A stretch of DNA of 64,000 bases, from the NCBI GenBank assembly GCA_902478645.1, contig CABSLV010000003.1:18933-82932 (forward strand). Direction: 5' to 3'. Made by a program: the position numbers and the translations under genes. The notes beneath the pieces were generated by a model. The model worked only from the letters and a program-made list of their open reading frames with translations. It ran no database searches and was not told the DNA's origin. The stretch is from an uncultured Flavobacteriales bacterium (GTDB lineage Bacteria; Bacteroidota; Bacteroidia; Flavobacteriales; UBA1820). Shown piece after piece: positions 9,561 to 19,588 of the stretch (positions are counted from its first letter, which is position 1; each line of letters opens with the position of its first letter).

Positions 9561-11681
9561 TTATTTCTTTGACTTTGCGATTACCTCATCGGCGATATTG
9601 CGAGGCACTTCGGAATAGTGCGAGAACTCCATCGAAGAAGTAGCACGACCCGAGGTCAGCGTACGCAGCGAAGTAACATAACCGAACATCTCGGACAGCG
9701 GAACATCGGCTTTGACGATGGTAGCACCGGCGCGGTTTTCGGTACCCTTGATGATACCGCGACGACGGTTCAGGTCACCGATCACATCACCCATGTTCTC
9801 CTCCGGAGTGGTTACCTCCAGCTTCATGATCGGCTCCAGAAGGATAGGACGAGCCTGCGGAGCAGCTGCCTTATATCCCAACTTAGCGGCCATTTCGAAC
9901 GAAAGCTGGTCGGAGTCCACCGGGTGGAACGAACCATCCAGTACGGTGATCTTCATACCCTGCAACTCGTAACCGGCCAACGGTCCAGCTTCGATCGCTT
10001 CCTTGAATCCCTTTTCGATCGAGGGGATGAATTCCTTCGGAATGTTACCACCCTTGATCTCGGAAACAAATTCCAGACCGGTCTTGCCTTCGGTATTGGG
10101 TTCCATGCGGAAGATCACATCGGCGAACTTACCACGACCACCCGTCTGTTTCTTGTACACCTCGCGGTGTTCAACAGTACCCGTGATGGCTTCCTTGTAA
10201 GCTACCTGAGGCTGACCCTCGTTCACCTCGACGTTGAACTCGCGTTTGAGACGGTCCACGATAATTTCCAAGTGCAACTCACCCATACCTGAGATAATCG
10301 TCTGGCCCGAATCCTCGTCCGTATGTACACGGAACGTCGGGTCTTCCTCGGCCAACTTGGCCAGGCCCACACCCAGTTTATCCAAGTCGGCCTGCGTCTT
10401 GGGCTCGATCGAAATACCGATCACCGGCTCGGGGAACGTCATCGACTCCAACACGATCGGGTTCTTTTCATCGCACAACGTATCACCCGTACGGATATCC
10501 TTGAATCCTACTCCAGCACCGATATCACCGGCTTCGATAGAGTCGATCGGCTTCTGCTCCTTGGAGTGCATCTGGAAGATACGCGAGATACGCTCTTTCT
10601 TGTCGGTACGGGGGTTATACACGTACGAACCTGCGTCGAGTTTTCCAGAATACATACGGAAGAAGCACAGACGACCTACGAAGGGGTCGGTAGCGATCTT
10701 GAAGGCCAGAGCTGCCATCGGAGCATCCACATCGGGATTGCGGACAACTTCCTCGTCGGTCTTGGGGTTTACACCCTTGATAGCTTCCACGTCTGCCGGA
10801 GAAGGCAGGAATGCGATCACGCAATCCAACAGTTTCTGAACACCTTTGTTCTTGAACGACGAACCACATAACATCGGGGTGATGTCCATGGCGATCGTAG
10901 CCTTGCGGATAGCCACCAAAAGTTCTTCTTTGGTGATAGAATCCGGATCGGTAAAGAATTTCTCCATCAACTCCTCCGAAGTCTCGGCAACGGACTCCAA
11001 GAGGTGCTGACGCCACTTGGCGCATTCATCCTTCAGATCGTCCGGAATGGGAACCACCTGATAGGTCATACCCTTGTCTTCCTCGTTCCAGATGATACCT
11101 TCCATGGTCAGCAGATCGACCACGCCCTTGAAATCAGCTTCAGAACCGATCGGCACCTGCAGCGGCACCGGGTTGGCACCCAGACGCTCCTTGACCTGAC
11201 GAACGACATTGAAGAAGTCTGCACCGCTGCGGTCCATCTTATTGACGAAACCGATACGCGGAACATTGTATTTGGTTGCCTGACGCCAAACGGTCTCCGA
11301 CTGAGGCTCTACGCCGCCCACAGCACAGAACAAAGCTACCGCACCGTCCAAAATACGGAGCGAACGCTCTACCTCCACCGTGAAGTCCACGTGCCCCGGA
11401 GTGTCGATCAGGTTGATTTTGTATTTCTTGGTATCGGGAAGCGCCTGACCCTGATGAGTCGGATAGTTCCAGAACACCGTGGTAGCAGCCGAAGTAATGG
11501 TAATACCACGTTCCTGCTCCTGCGCCATCCAGTCCATCGTAGCGGCACCGTCGTGTACCTCACCTATCTTATGGGTAATACCCGTGTAGTAGAGGATACG
11601 CTCGCTGGTGGTCGTTTTTCCGGCATCGATGTGCGCCATGATACCGATATTGCGGGTAAAATGTAAGTCTCTTTTTGCCAT
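9561..11681 (-). CDS. fusA: translation elongation factor G
   Basis: 706-aa ORF, G1 motif [23 protein letters not shown], full five-domain length; between rpsG and rpsJ. Confidence 0.97.
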   Translation of the reverse strand: MAKRDLHFTRNIGIMAHIDAGKTTTSERILYYTGITHKIGEVHDGAATMDWMAQEQERGITITSAATTVFWNYPTHQGQALPDTKKYKINLIDTPGHVDFTVEVERSLRILDGAVALFCAVGGVEPQSETVWRQATKYNVPRIGFVNKMDRSGADFFNVVRQVKERLGANPVPLQVPIGSEADFKGVVDLLTMEGIIWNEEDKGMTYQVVPIPDDLKDECAKWRQHLLESVAETSEELMEKFFTDPDSITKEELLVAIRKATIAMDITPMLCGSSFKNKGVQKLLDCVIAFLPSPADVEAIKGVNPKTDEEVVRNPDVDAPMAALAFKIATDPFVGRLCFFRMYSGKLDAGSYVYNPRTDKKERISRIFQMHSKEQKPIDSIEAGDIGAGVGFKDIRTGDTLCDEKNPIVLESMTFPEPVIGISIEPKTQADLDKLGVGLAKLAEEDPTFRVHTDEDSGQTIISGMGELHLEIIVDRLKREFNVEVNEGQPQVAYKEAITGTVEHREVYKKQTGGRGKFADVIFRMEPNTEGKTGLEFVSEIKGGNIPKEFIPSIEKGFKEAIEAGPLAGYELQGMKITVLDGSFHPVDSDQLSFEMAAKLGYKAAAPQARPILLEPIMKLEVTTPEENMGDVIGDLNRRRGIIKGTENRAGATIVKADVPLSEMFGYVTSLRTLTSGRATSSMEFSHYSEVPRNIADEVIAKSKK

Positions 11682-11696
11682 GTTTTTCTCGGTAGT

Positions 11697-12173
11697 TTAG
11701 AATCTGAAGTGCGAGAACGCCTTGTTGGCCTCGGCCATCTTGTGCGTATCCATACGTTTCTTCACGGCAGCACCTTCCTCCTTGGAAGCAGCCAGAATTT
11801 CAGCAGCCAGCTTCTGTGCCATGGATTTCTCATTGCGCAGGCGGGCATACTTGATCAACCATTTGATGGCCATCGACACCTTGCGATCCGGACGGATCTG
11901 CATCGGGATCTGGAAGGTAGCACCACCCACACGACGCGAACGCACTTCCACGTGCGGCATGATGTTGGTCAAGGCATCTTTCCAGATTTCCAGCGGAGTC
12001 TTCTCGCCGTCTTTCGACTTTTCACCCACGATATCGAGCGCCTGGTAGAACACCTCGAACGCTACGCTCTTTTTGCCGTCCCACATCAGGTTGTTCACAA
12101 AACGCGTTACCAGCGTATCGTTGAACTTCGGATCGGGAAGAAGAACTCTTTTTTTAGCTCTTGTCTTTCTCAT
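11697..12173 (-). CDS. rpsG: 30S ribosomal protein S7
   Basis: 158-aa ORF with [24 protein letters not shown] and [10 protein letters not shown]. Confidence 0.97.
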   Translation of the reverse strand: MRKTRAKKRVLLPDPKFNDTLVTRFVNNLMWDGKKSVAFEVFYQALDIVGEKSKDGEKTPLEIWKDALTNIMPHVEVRSRRVGGATFQIPMQIRPDRKVSMAIKWLIKYARLRNEKSMAQKLAAEILAASKEEGAAVKKRMDTHKMAEANKAFSHFRF

Positions 12174-12211
12174 TTTTTCATCGAATTTTTAATGTGTTGA
12201 ACGGTTAGGGA

Positions 12212-12616
12212 TTACTTCTTCCCGGATTTTCCGGCAGCCTGTCCATCTTTAGGACGTTTGGCACCGTACTTGGAACGACGCTGCTTGCGACCGTTCACAC
12301 CGGCCGTATCCAGCGCACCGCGCACGATGTGATAACGCACACCAGGCAAGTCCTTAACCCTTCCGCCGCGTACCAATACTATCGAGTGCTCTTGGAGGTT
12401 GTGTCCCTCACCGCCGATGTAGGCATTGACCTCGTTTCCGTTGGTCAGGCGCACACGGGCCACCTTACGCATAGCCGAGTTAGGCTTTTTAGGCGTAGTG
12501 GTGTAAACACGCGTGCACACGCCGCGACGCTGGGGGCAGGAATCCAAAGCAGCCGATTTACTCTTCTTGGCGAGTACGGCTCTTCCTTTTCTTACTAACT
12601 GTTGAATGGTTGGCAT
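12212..12616 (-). CDS. rpsL: 30S ribosomal protein S12
   Basis: 134-aa [15 protein letters not shown]...[19 protein letters not shown]. Confidence 0.97.
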   Translation of the reverse strand: MPTIQQLVRKGRAVLAKKSKSAALDSCPQRRGVCTRVYTTTPKKPNSAMRKVARVRLTNGNEVNAYIGGEGHNLQEHSIVLVRGGRVKDLPGVRYHIVRGALDTAGVNGRKQRRSKYGAKRPKDGQAAGKSGKK

Positions 12617-12846
12617 TTGTTTTTGCTCTTAAAAAATTATTTATGTTAATGTCTTTTTTCTTCTCTCTCCGGAACGATTCCGAGGGTTTTCCCGCGGAAA
12701 ACCACCGTCACCCCGCCGCGTTTTCTCCCGTTTCGTCGCACGATCCTTCAGGTCAAACCCCATCCAGACAAACCACAAAACACTGACGCAGAAAGTCTTA
12801 TCTCTCCAAAACGAGACAGGCTTCCGCACCGGATAATAACGGGTTG

Positions 12847-12877
12847 CAAAGGTAGGATTTTTATCCGAAAAAACAAA
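12847..12877 (-). promoter_or_regulatory. Bacteroidota-type promoter (TTTG-N19-TACCTTTG) for the rpsL operon
   Basis: Minus strand reads TTTG (12877-12874), 19 nt, TACCTTTG (12854-12847). This matches the published Bacteroides -33 TTTG / -7 TAnnTTTG consensus. It implies a leader of roughly 225 nt. Confidence 0.6.
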
Positions 12878-13013
12878 TCTTTTCCCGCTCGCTTTTAGTC
12901 CTTTATCGCAAAAATCGCTTCGGAGAAAAGCGCGTTTTCGGGAAAGCATTCCCCGCCCTTTTCCCAAGGAAATCCCCCTCCCCTCCCCGACTCGCCCCGG
13001 GGCGAAAAGCAAA

Positions 13014-13052
13014 CGATGCGGTTTCCCATCCGAACGATGGAAAACCGCATCG
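13014..13052 (-). terminator. intrinsic terminator after pdxJ
   Basis: cGATGCGGTTTCCCATC-cgaac-GATGGAAAACCGCATCg: 16-17 bp stem with one mismatch, followed on the minus strand by TTTGCTTTT. Confidence 0.7.
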
Positions 13053-13078
13053 AACACTCCGGGCTTCCCGCCCGAAGA

Positions 13079-13813
13079 TTACCGAGCACCCTCCACTGCG
13101 CGGCGGATCTTGTTGCGGTAGGCCCCGATGGTATTTTCAAGTCCCAAATACAAGGCTTCGCTGATCAAGGCATGGCCGATGGACACCTCGTCGGTAAAGG
13201 GGATCTGACGGATGAAATACTCGATATTGTCCAACGAGAGATCGTGCCCCGCATTGACCCCCAGACCGAGCGAACGGGCGTATTGTGCAGCCTGCACGTA
13301 CGGTTCGACCGCCTCGGGATGTCCCTGGGCATACAGGCGGGCAAAACGCTCGGTATAGAGTTCTACACGGTCGGCTCCCGCCTCCCGGGCACCGTCCACC
13401 ATCGCTTCGAGCGGATCGACAAAGATCGACACGCGGATGCCGGCGCGGTGAAAACGCGCGGTAACCTCCTTGAGGAAAGCGGTGTGGGTCTGGGTATCCC
13501 AACCGGCGTTGGAAGTGAGGTTGGTCGGCGCATCCGGCACGAGCGTTACCTGCGTGGGAACAGCCCGGGTAACCAGGTCGATGAATTCATCGGTAGGGTT
13601 TCCCTCGATGTTGTATTCGGTGGTGATCACCGGCAAGAGGTCGAACACATCCTTGTGCGTGATATGGCGCTGGTCGGGACGGGGATGCACCGTGATGCCC
13701 TCTCCGCCGAAACGCTGGCAGTCGGCCGCCACCCGAATCACATCGGGGACATTTCCTCCGCGCGCATTGCGCAGAGTGGCCACTTTGTTGATGTTTACAC
13801 TGAGTTTCGTCAT
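13079..13813 (-). CDS. pdxJ: pyridoxine 5'-phosphate synthase
   Basis: ORF trimmed to ATG 13811-13813: [25 protein letters not shown]...[13 protein letters not shown]...VELYTERFA...NAGHDL, PdxJ TIM-barrel motifs. Confidence 0.9.
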   Translation of the reverse strand: MTKLSVNINKVATLRNARGGNVPDVIRVAADCQRFGGEGITVHPRPDQRHITHKDVFDLLPVITTEYNIEGNPTDEFIDLVTRAVPTQVTLVPDAPTNLTSNAGWDTQTHTAFLKEVTARFHRAGIRVSIFVDPLEAMVDGAREAGADRVELYTERFARLYAQGHPEAVEPYVQAAQYARSLGLGVNAGHDLSLDNIEYFIRQIPFTDEVSIGHALISEALYLGLENTIGAYRNKIRRAVEGAR

Positions 13814-13860
13814 GACTTCCTTTTCATTATTTCGGATTGTAATCTTTCCTTTTCTCCGCC

Positions 13861-14541
13861 TCACCTGCGGGAAACGCGCTGCTCGCTATCCGAGCCTTTG
13901 ACGATCGTACCCGCCTCGGCCGTCCCTCGGAAACCGACCAAGGGATACACCACGCTCCGCGGCCCGAGAATACTCCCGGGATAAAGCATGGCATTGCACC
14001 CCACTTCGACCCCATCGCCCAGCACCGCGCCGAATTTCTCGCCCGGCAAAGCCAGCCGTCCGTCCGAAAAGTCCAGGCGTATCTCCCCGGGCAACGAACG
14101 GAAATTGGATATCTTGGCCCCCGCGCCCAAATGCGCCCCCATCCCGAGTACCGAATCGCCCACATAGGACAAATGCGGCAGTTGCACCCCATCGTACAGC
14201 AGGGCATTTTTCACCTCGGTAAAATGTCCGAGCAGACACCCACGCCCCAGGATGACGTCGCCCCGCACGACGGCATGGCGTCGCACGACGCTGCCCCGTC
14301 CCACCACGATCCGCCCCTCGATCGAGGCTCCATCCTCCACTTCGCCGCCGTCCTCGACCCAGATGTTGTAGGCGATCCGCTTGAGCGGAAGTTCCGCCAG
14401 GCTTTCCGTAGCAAACACTTCACTCAGGCGAGGGACGAGTTCCCACGGATACCGGCAAGCGGCAACCAAGGCCCGGGCAAAAGGATGCGCCGAGGAAAAG
14501 AAATAAGGGATGAGTGCTTCCCGGCTTTGCATGGCACGCAA
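13861..14541 (-). CDS. hexapeptide-repeat (left-handed beta-helix) transferase-family protein, GlmU C-terminal-like
   Basis: 226-aa ORF with reiterated [LIV]-G-x4 hexads ([28 protein letters not shown]...[18 protein letters not shown]...[13 protein letters not shown]). Confidence 0.6.
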   Translation of the reverse strand: MRAMQSREALIPYFFSSAHPFARALVAACRYPWELVPRLSEVFATESLAELPLKRIAYNIWVEDGGEVEDGASIEGRIVVGRGSVVRRHAVVRGDVILGRGCLLGHFTEVKNALLYDGVQLPHLSYVGDSVLGMGAHLGAGAKISNFRSLPGEIRLDFSDGRLALPGEKFGAVLGDGVEVGCNAMLYPGSILGPRSVVYPLVGFRGTAEAGTIVKGSDSEQRVSRR

Positions 14542-14553
14542 ATCTTTTTTTCC

Positions 14554-16977
14554 TTAGAAAATGATCTCCTCCTCTTCTTCCTGCTGCCGGTACCGATCGG
14601 GCGTAGCGGAATACGTCTCCTCGGAAACGGTCTCCTCGATATCCTCCTCCTCGCTTATCGGTGCGACCGGCGCAACGCGATGTTCGCAGGAGAGATCGAT
14701 GGTCACCGGCGTGGAAGGTGCTTCAAATTCGCCTTTCGACACCCCGAGCGAAGGATCGGCGTAACATTTCTTCATGAAGACGGCCCAGATCGGCATGGCC
14801 GACGAAGCCCCCTGCCCGTAGGTCATCGAGCGGAAATGCGCTGCGCGGTCCTCGCAGCCCACCCAGGCACCGGCAGCCAGATTGGGTACCATGCCGATGA
14901 ACCAACCGTCCGACTGGTTCTGCGAAGTACCGGTTTTCCCGGCGATGGGGTTGTCAAATTTCCAAGGATAACCCGTTACGTACATCGTGTGGTCCGGATC
15001 GGGCCCGCGATACGAAGGGTTGTCCCACGAAAAGCGCAAGCGGGCACCCGTTCCGTTTTCGGTAACACCTTCCAGCAGTTTGAGAATGGCGTAGGACGAT
15101 TCCTCGCTCATCACCGCCCGGGAAGGGGTCGCATCCTGATACAGCACCACCCCGTTGTTGTCCTCGATGCGGGTAATGAGGATGGGCTGGATATAGCTGC
15201 CCTTGTTGGCAAAGGTGGCGAAAGCCCCGATCATCTCGTAAAGGGAAATATCGGCCGTACCCAAGCACATCGAAGGGCCGGTGTCTATCTGGGAGGTAAT
15301 CCCCAACTTATGCGCCAGGGCGATGATCGGTTCGGTCGTGCCCAAACCTTTGACGATGGCAGCCGTAATAGAGTTCTTCGACATGGCCAGACCCTTTTTG
15401 AGGGTATAGGGAACGTAGTCATACTTGTTGTTCGAGTTGCGCGGCGACCAGTCCTGTGCAATGCCCCACTCGTCGGCCAGGAAGGTAACCGGCTGGTCGA
15501 TGTACTCGTAACAGGGCGAGAGTTTCTGCTGATCGATGGCCGTAGCATAGACGAACGGTTTGAAGATGGACCCCGTCTGCCGGCGCGCCTTCACCACATG
15601 GTCGTACTGGAAATACCGATAGTTGATACCTCCCACCCAGGCTTTCACATACCCGGTCTGAGGTTCTACCGCCAGGAAACCGGCATTGAGGAAACTCTTG
15701 TAATACCGGATGGAATCCATCGGCGTCATTTCCACCTCCCGGGTAGAGGGACGGCCGTTTTCCCAACAGAAGACGGTCATTTTTTCCTTTGTTTGGAAAC
15801 TCTGTCGGATTTCGGCTTCGGAAGCCCCCTGCGCCTTGAGGGCACGATAGCGGTCGCTGCGTTTGACGGCCGCATTCATGATGGCATCGGCCTGGGCACG
15901 GGTGATATTGTAAAACGGCCGCATGGGGTTGGCCTCTTGCCCATAGTCGAACACTTTCTGAAGGTTGGACAGGTGCTCGTTTACCGCCTCTTCGGCATAG
16001 CGCTGCATCCGGGAATCGAGCGTGGTGTATATCCGCAACCCGTCCCGGGAAAGGGAATACGGGCTTCCGTCCGGTTTGCGGACATTTTCGAGGTACTCGG
16101 GGACGATCTCGCGGATGTATTCGCGGAAATACTGCGCGATGCCCTGCGTATGGGTCTGCATCCGGAAGTCGGTCTGGAGCGGGAGCGCACGGAGCGAATC
16201 CAGTTGCTGCTCGGTGAGCATGCCGTTGCGCTTCATCTGCCCCAGGACCGTGTTGCGCCGCGCCAGGGAATTTTCCGGGTTGCGGATCGGATTGTACAGG
16301 ATAGGGTTCTTGGCCATCCCCACGAGGGTTGCTGCTTCCTCGATGGTCAGTTCCGAAGGCAGTTTGTTGAAATAGGTGAGCGAGGCATTTTTGATCCCGT
16401 ACGCATTGTAGAGAAAATCGTACGTATTGAAATACATCGTAATGATCTCATCCTTGGTGTAGCTGCGTTCGAGCTGCGCGGCGATGATCCATTCCTGGAA
16501 TTTCTGGATGACGCGCTCTATCTTGTTTTGCGAAGCATTTTTGGTAAAAAGCTGTTTGGCCAGCTGCTGGGTGAGCGTGCTGGCTCCTCCCCGACTTCCC
16601 AGGAAAACGACCGCACGCATCGTCGAACGCACATCGATGCCCGAATGCTTGCGAAAACGCTCGTCCTCGGTCGCGATCAACGCATCGACCAGGTAGGGAG
16701 AGAGTTCCTCGAACTTGACCGGCGAACGGTTTTCGTTTTTCCAGATCTTCCCGATGGTCTCCCCATCGGCCGAGATGATCTCCGTAGCTACGCTCGACTC
16801 GGGGTTTTCGATGTCCTCGAAGGTCGGCAACTCGCCGAATACCCCTTTTTCGATCAGGAAAAACAATAAAACAGCCAAGACGATCCCTGCGGCGAGTCCT
16901 CCCCAGAGGATCTTCTTGAAGCGTTTCAAACGGGCCTCCGACCCGCTGTTTTTCTTTCCTTTCCTGTGTTTATCCAT
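14554..16977 (-). CDS. mrcA: class A penicillin-binding protein 1A (glycosyltransferase/transpeptidase)
   Basis: 807 aa; N-terminal TM; GT51 motifs (ATEDERFRKHSGID, RGGASTLTQQLAK); transpeptidase SxxK (SIFK), SxN (SKN) and KTG (GKTGTS). Confidence 0.9.
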   Translation of the reverse strand: MDKHRKGKKNSGSEARLKRFKKILWGGLAAGIVLAVLLFFLIEKGVFGELPTFEDIENPESSVATEIISADGETIGKIWKNENRSPVKFEELSPYLVDALIATEDERFRKHSGIDVRSTMRAVVFLGSRGGASTLTQQLAKQLFTKNASQNKIERVIQKFQEWIIAAQLERSYTKDEIITMYFNTYDFLYNAYGIKNASLTYFNKLPSELTIEEAATLVGMAKNPILYNPIRNPENSLARRNTVLGQMKRNGMLTEQQLDSLRALPLQTDFRMQTHTQGIAQYFREYIREIVPEYLENVRKPDGSPYSLSRDGLRIYTTLDSRMQRYAEEAVNEHLSNLQKVFDYGQEANPMRPFYNITRAQADAIMNAAVKRSDRYRALKAQGASEAEIRQSFQTKEKMTVFCWENGRPSTREVEMTPMDSIRYYKSFLNAGFLAVEPQTGYVKAWVGGINYRYFQYDHVVKARRQTGSIFKPFVYATAIDQQKLSPCYEYIDQPVTFLADEWGIAQDWSPRNSNNKYDYVPYTLKKGLAMSKNSITAAIVKGLGTTEPIIALAHKLGITSQIDTGPSMCLGTADISLYEMIGAFATFANKGSYIQPILITRIEDNNGVVLYQDATPSRAVMSEESSYAILKLLEGVTENGTGARLRFSWDNPSYRGPDPDHTMYVTGYPWKFDNPIAGKTGTSQNQSDGWFIGMVPNLAAGAWVGCEDRAAHFRSMTYGQGASSAMPIWAVFMKKCYADPSLGVSKGEFEAPSTPVTIDLSCEHRVAPVAPISEEEDIEETVSEETYSATPDRYRQQEEEEEIIF

Positions 16978-16983
16978 CGTATG

Positions 16984-17466
16984 TTATTGGATTTCTGACA
17001 ATTGTATTCTAATCCCCACACTGCTCACCCCCTGCAGTTCGACATTGCGCATCCCGTGCCGCACCGAAAAACCATAACGTCCCATCGCTGGGAAACGGAA
17101 ATCCCGCAGCCACAGCACGCCGTTTTCCTTGACGTTGGACAGGCCGTGTCCGGTCGCCACTCCCTGCGCATCGAACAACTCGCAGCGCAACGTGTCGCAT
17201 TGCAAGACCGACTGCGCCGTATCACATACCTGGCCGATGAGATAAATCTCCCGCCAGGGATATCCATCGGAGGTTCGCAAATCCACATAGACATCATAGT
17301 GAGTAACGGTATCAACCGCCTCCACCTCAAAGGTACAAGCCTCTCCCCGCACCCACTGGTCGTCCGCAAGTGTCTCTACCCGCCGGTAAAACGCATCGCC
17401 CGTGCACGCCGACATCCCTGCCGCCACGCACAACAATACCAACCCGATAAACGCCGACCGTCTCAT
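16984..17466 (-). CDS. gldH: GldH-like lipoprotein
   Basis: 160 aa; lipoprotein signal ...AAGMSAC; LRTSDGYPWREIYL and GVSSVGIRIQ resemble the GldH family as I recall it; PSP1/PBP1A neighbourhood is typical of Bacteroidota. Confidence 0.6.
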   Translation of the reverse strand: MRRSAFIGLVLLCVAAGMSACTGDAFYRRVETLADDQWVRGEACTFEVEAVDTVTHYDVYVDLRTSDGYPWREIYLIGQVCDTAQSVLQCDTLRCELFDAQGVATGHGLSNVKENGVLWLRDFRFPAMGRYGFSVRHGMRNVELQGVSSVGIRIQLSEIQ

Positions 17467-19278
17467 TTATTCCTGCGGGCGCTCCGAAGCGTTGTTTTCT
17501 CCACCGGCTGCCGGGCCACCCGGACGACGATTGCCGCGCCGGCGACCATCCCGACCACGTCCCCGGCGGCCATCCCGACCTTGAGGTGCAGATTCTGCCG
17601 CGCCGCCTCCCTGCGAACGCTCGCCGGCTGCCTGCCCTGTGGTTCCTGCGGCCCCACCCGATCTTTCAGGTGCGCGCTCCGAAGGACGATCCCCAGCCGA
17701 AGCATTCTCGGCTGCAGCCGGGGTACGTTCCGAGCGGTTTCCTCCCTCCCGACGGGAGTCGCGGCCCCGCCCACGGCGATTGTTCCCCCGCCGCTGACCG
17801 GACGAAGATTCCAGATGTCCTCCCTCCGGAGTTCTTTCGCCTTCCGCCGCCGAACCTTCAGCCCGAGATACGCCGGAGGAGGCATTTTCCTCGGTTCGCG
17901 CCGGCTGCTGGGTAGCCGAAGGATTCTCCGAGCGGGCAGCATCGCCTGTCTTGCTATTGTTGTCGTCGGCACGTCCATCCCGACCTCGACGGCGGTCGCC
18001 CCGGCGGGCAGAGCGTTCTCCCTGCGAAGCCTCTCCTGTGGCGGACGCTTTCTCCGCTTTTTGTTCCCCGGAAGGGGCTTCTCCCGCACCGTTTTTTGCT
18101 TCGGAAGCCGATTCCCGGCGGCGATCCTCCCGACGACGGTCGCCCCGACGGCGAGACCGACGGGAAGACACTTTGTCGAAACGGGTGATCTCCCCTTCCT
18201 CAACCGCTTGAAGTTCGGAAGGCTCCTCCCGGCGGCTTTCATTGCGGGGATGCTCCGGCTCCTCGACGTACATTTCGAGCGATTCGGGTTTCTCGCCCCG
18301 GCGGTTGGCCTGCTGGATCTCGGCAACCGCATCCACGTGCAGACCGATCCAGTTCATCGCTTCGAAATCGTATGCATACCAGTAAATGCCTTTGAATACG
18401 TCCATCTTCTGGAAATGGGCTACGCCCTTCTCCGTGCGCAAAACAGCATCGGTAGGCGGGAAACCTTTCAAGGCATCGACGTAAACATCCAACTCGAAAT
18501 TCAGGCAGCACTTGAGTTTTCCGCACTGTCCGGCCAATTTCTGCGGGTTGAGCGAAAGTCGCTGGGTGCGTGCCGCCGACGTATTAACCGAACGGAAATC
18601 CGTCAGCCACGTAGTGCAACACAATTCCCGCCCGCAGGAGCCGATGCCGCCCACCCGGGCAGCCTCCTGACGCAGACCGATCTGACGCATCTCGATCCGC
18701 ACACCGAAAGCACTGGCCAGTTCCTTGATTAACTGGCGGAAATCCACCCGACCCTCGGCCGTATAGTAAAACGTTGCCTTCAGATTGTCTCCCTGGTACT
18801 CGACATCGCTCAACTTCATCACCAGCCCCAGGTTGTCGCAGATCTCGCGGGTACGCACCAGTGTCTTTTGCTCCCGCGCAATGGCCGTCTGCCACACGTC
18901 GATATCCTTCTGGGTAGCCAAACGGTACACCTTCCGCAACTCGGGACTGGAAGGGTCTTCCTTCTTGCGCCGCATCTGCATGCGGGCCAACTGCCCGGTG
19001 AGCATCACACAGCCGATGTCATGCCCCGGACTGGACTCCACCGCCACGATGTCGCCCGGAGACAAGGGCAAACGATTGACATTGCGATAAAAACCCTTGC
19101 GGCCGTTCTTGAAGCGCACTTCCACGCAGTCGAACGCCTCGCCCGCCTGGGGCTGAGCTACGTCCGCCAGCCAATCCCGCACCTCCAGGTAATCACCGCC
19201 CGTATATAGACATACGTTGCACTTTTCGGACGACCCGAAAGAAGGGCAACGACGCTTGGTACATTCCTTACAATTCAT
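17467..19278 (-). CDS. PSP1 (YaaT/RicT-like) domain protein with Arg/Gly-rich C-terminal extension
   Basis: 603 aa; PSP1-type core with CGRELCC and CGKLKCCLNFE motifs; Cys-rich N-terminus; last ~270 aa low complexity (RRGRGRD repeats). Confidence 0.8.
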   Translation of the reverse strand: MNCKECTKRRCPSFGSSEKCNVCLYTGGDYLEVRDWLADVAQPQAGEAFDCVEVRFKNGRKGFYRNVNRLPLSPGDIVAVESSPGHDIGCVMLTGQLARMQMRRKKEDPSSPELRKVYRLATQKDIDVWQTAIAREQKTLVRTREICDNLGLVMKLSDVEYQGDNLKATFYYTAEGRVDFRQLIKELASAFGVRIEMRQIGLRQEAARVGGIGSCGRELCCTTWLTDFRSVNTSAARTQRLSLNPQKLAGQCGKLKCCLNFELDVYVDALKGFPPTDAVLRTEKGVAHFQKMDVFKGIYWYAYDFEAMNWIGLHVDAVAEIQQANRRGEKPESLEMYVEEPEHPRNESRREEPSELQAVEEGEITRFDKVSSRRSRRRGDRRREDRRRESASEAKNGAGEAPSGEQKAEKASATGEASQGERSARRGDRRRGRDGRADDNNSKTGDAARSENPSATQQPARTEENASSGVSRAEGSAAEGERTPEGGHLESSSGQRRGNNRRGRGRDSRREGGNRSERTPAAAENASAGDRPSERAPERSGGAAGTTGQAAGERSQGGGAAESAPQGRDGRRGRGRDGRRRGNRRPGGPAAGGENNASERPQE

Positions 19279-19332
19279 CCTCTATACTCGTATAAAGCCT
19301 CGTAAAAATACACATTTACAAGGATATTTCTT

Positions 19333-19578
19333 TTATTCTCTTCCTCCCGCCGCTACCCGGATCGCTCCGGCCGGGCAGGACTCCTGCGCGCTGCGGCACG
19401 GTGCATCGGCCAACGGATCGGTACAACGAAGGGTGTAAAATCCTTTCTTCATCGCAGCACCGATCAGGAGGCATTTCCCGTCGGAAGGATCCATCGAGAA
19501 ATACTCCCCGGCCACATCGGCACAATACCCGCATCCGATGCACTTGTCCCGTTGAAGGGTTACCACCACCGTAGCCAT
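19333..19578 (-). CDS. small [4Fe-4S]/[3Fe-4S]-type ferredoxin
   Basis: ORF trimmed to ATG 19576-19578: MATVVVTLQRDKCIGCGYC...CRSAQESCPAGAI (CxxCxxC...CP). The longer start would overlap the upstream gene. Confidence 0.7.
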   Translation of the reverse strand: MATVVVTLQRDKCIGCGYCADVAGEYFSMDPSDGKCLLIGAAMKKGFYTLRCTDPLADAPCRSAQESCPAGAIRVAAGGRE

Positions 19579-19588
19579 CGCCCCGAGG

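Noticed and set aside
12641-13057. 138-aa ORF (and 12895-13140) in the rpsL upstream region
   Set aside because: It overlaps the predicted promoter, leader and pdxJ terminator and has no protein-like features. It is better explained as non-coding regulatory DNA.
14131-16869. 912-aa ORF antisense to PBP1A and the hexapeptide-repeat gene
   Set aside because: It is in codon-opposite phase with PBP1A. Its composition (R/G/H/P/V-rich) is typical of GC-rich shadow frames.
17002-18732. 576-aa and 289-aa ORFs (17002-18732 plus strand, 17463-18332 minus strand) and smaller ones over the PSP1 tail region
   Set aside because: They arise from GC-rich low-complexity DNA that encodes the Arg/Gly-rich tail. 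Their translations are P/R/S/A-rich nonsense. The PSP1 frame alone continues seamlessly from a recognisable domain.
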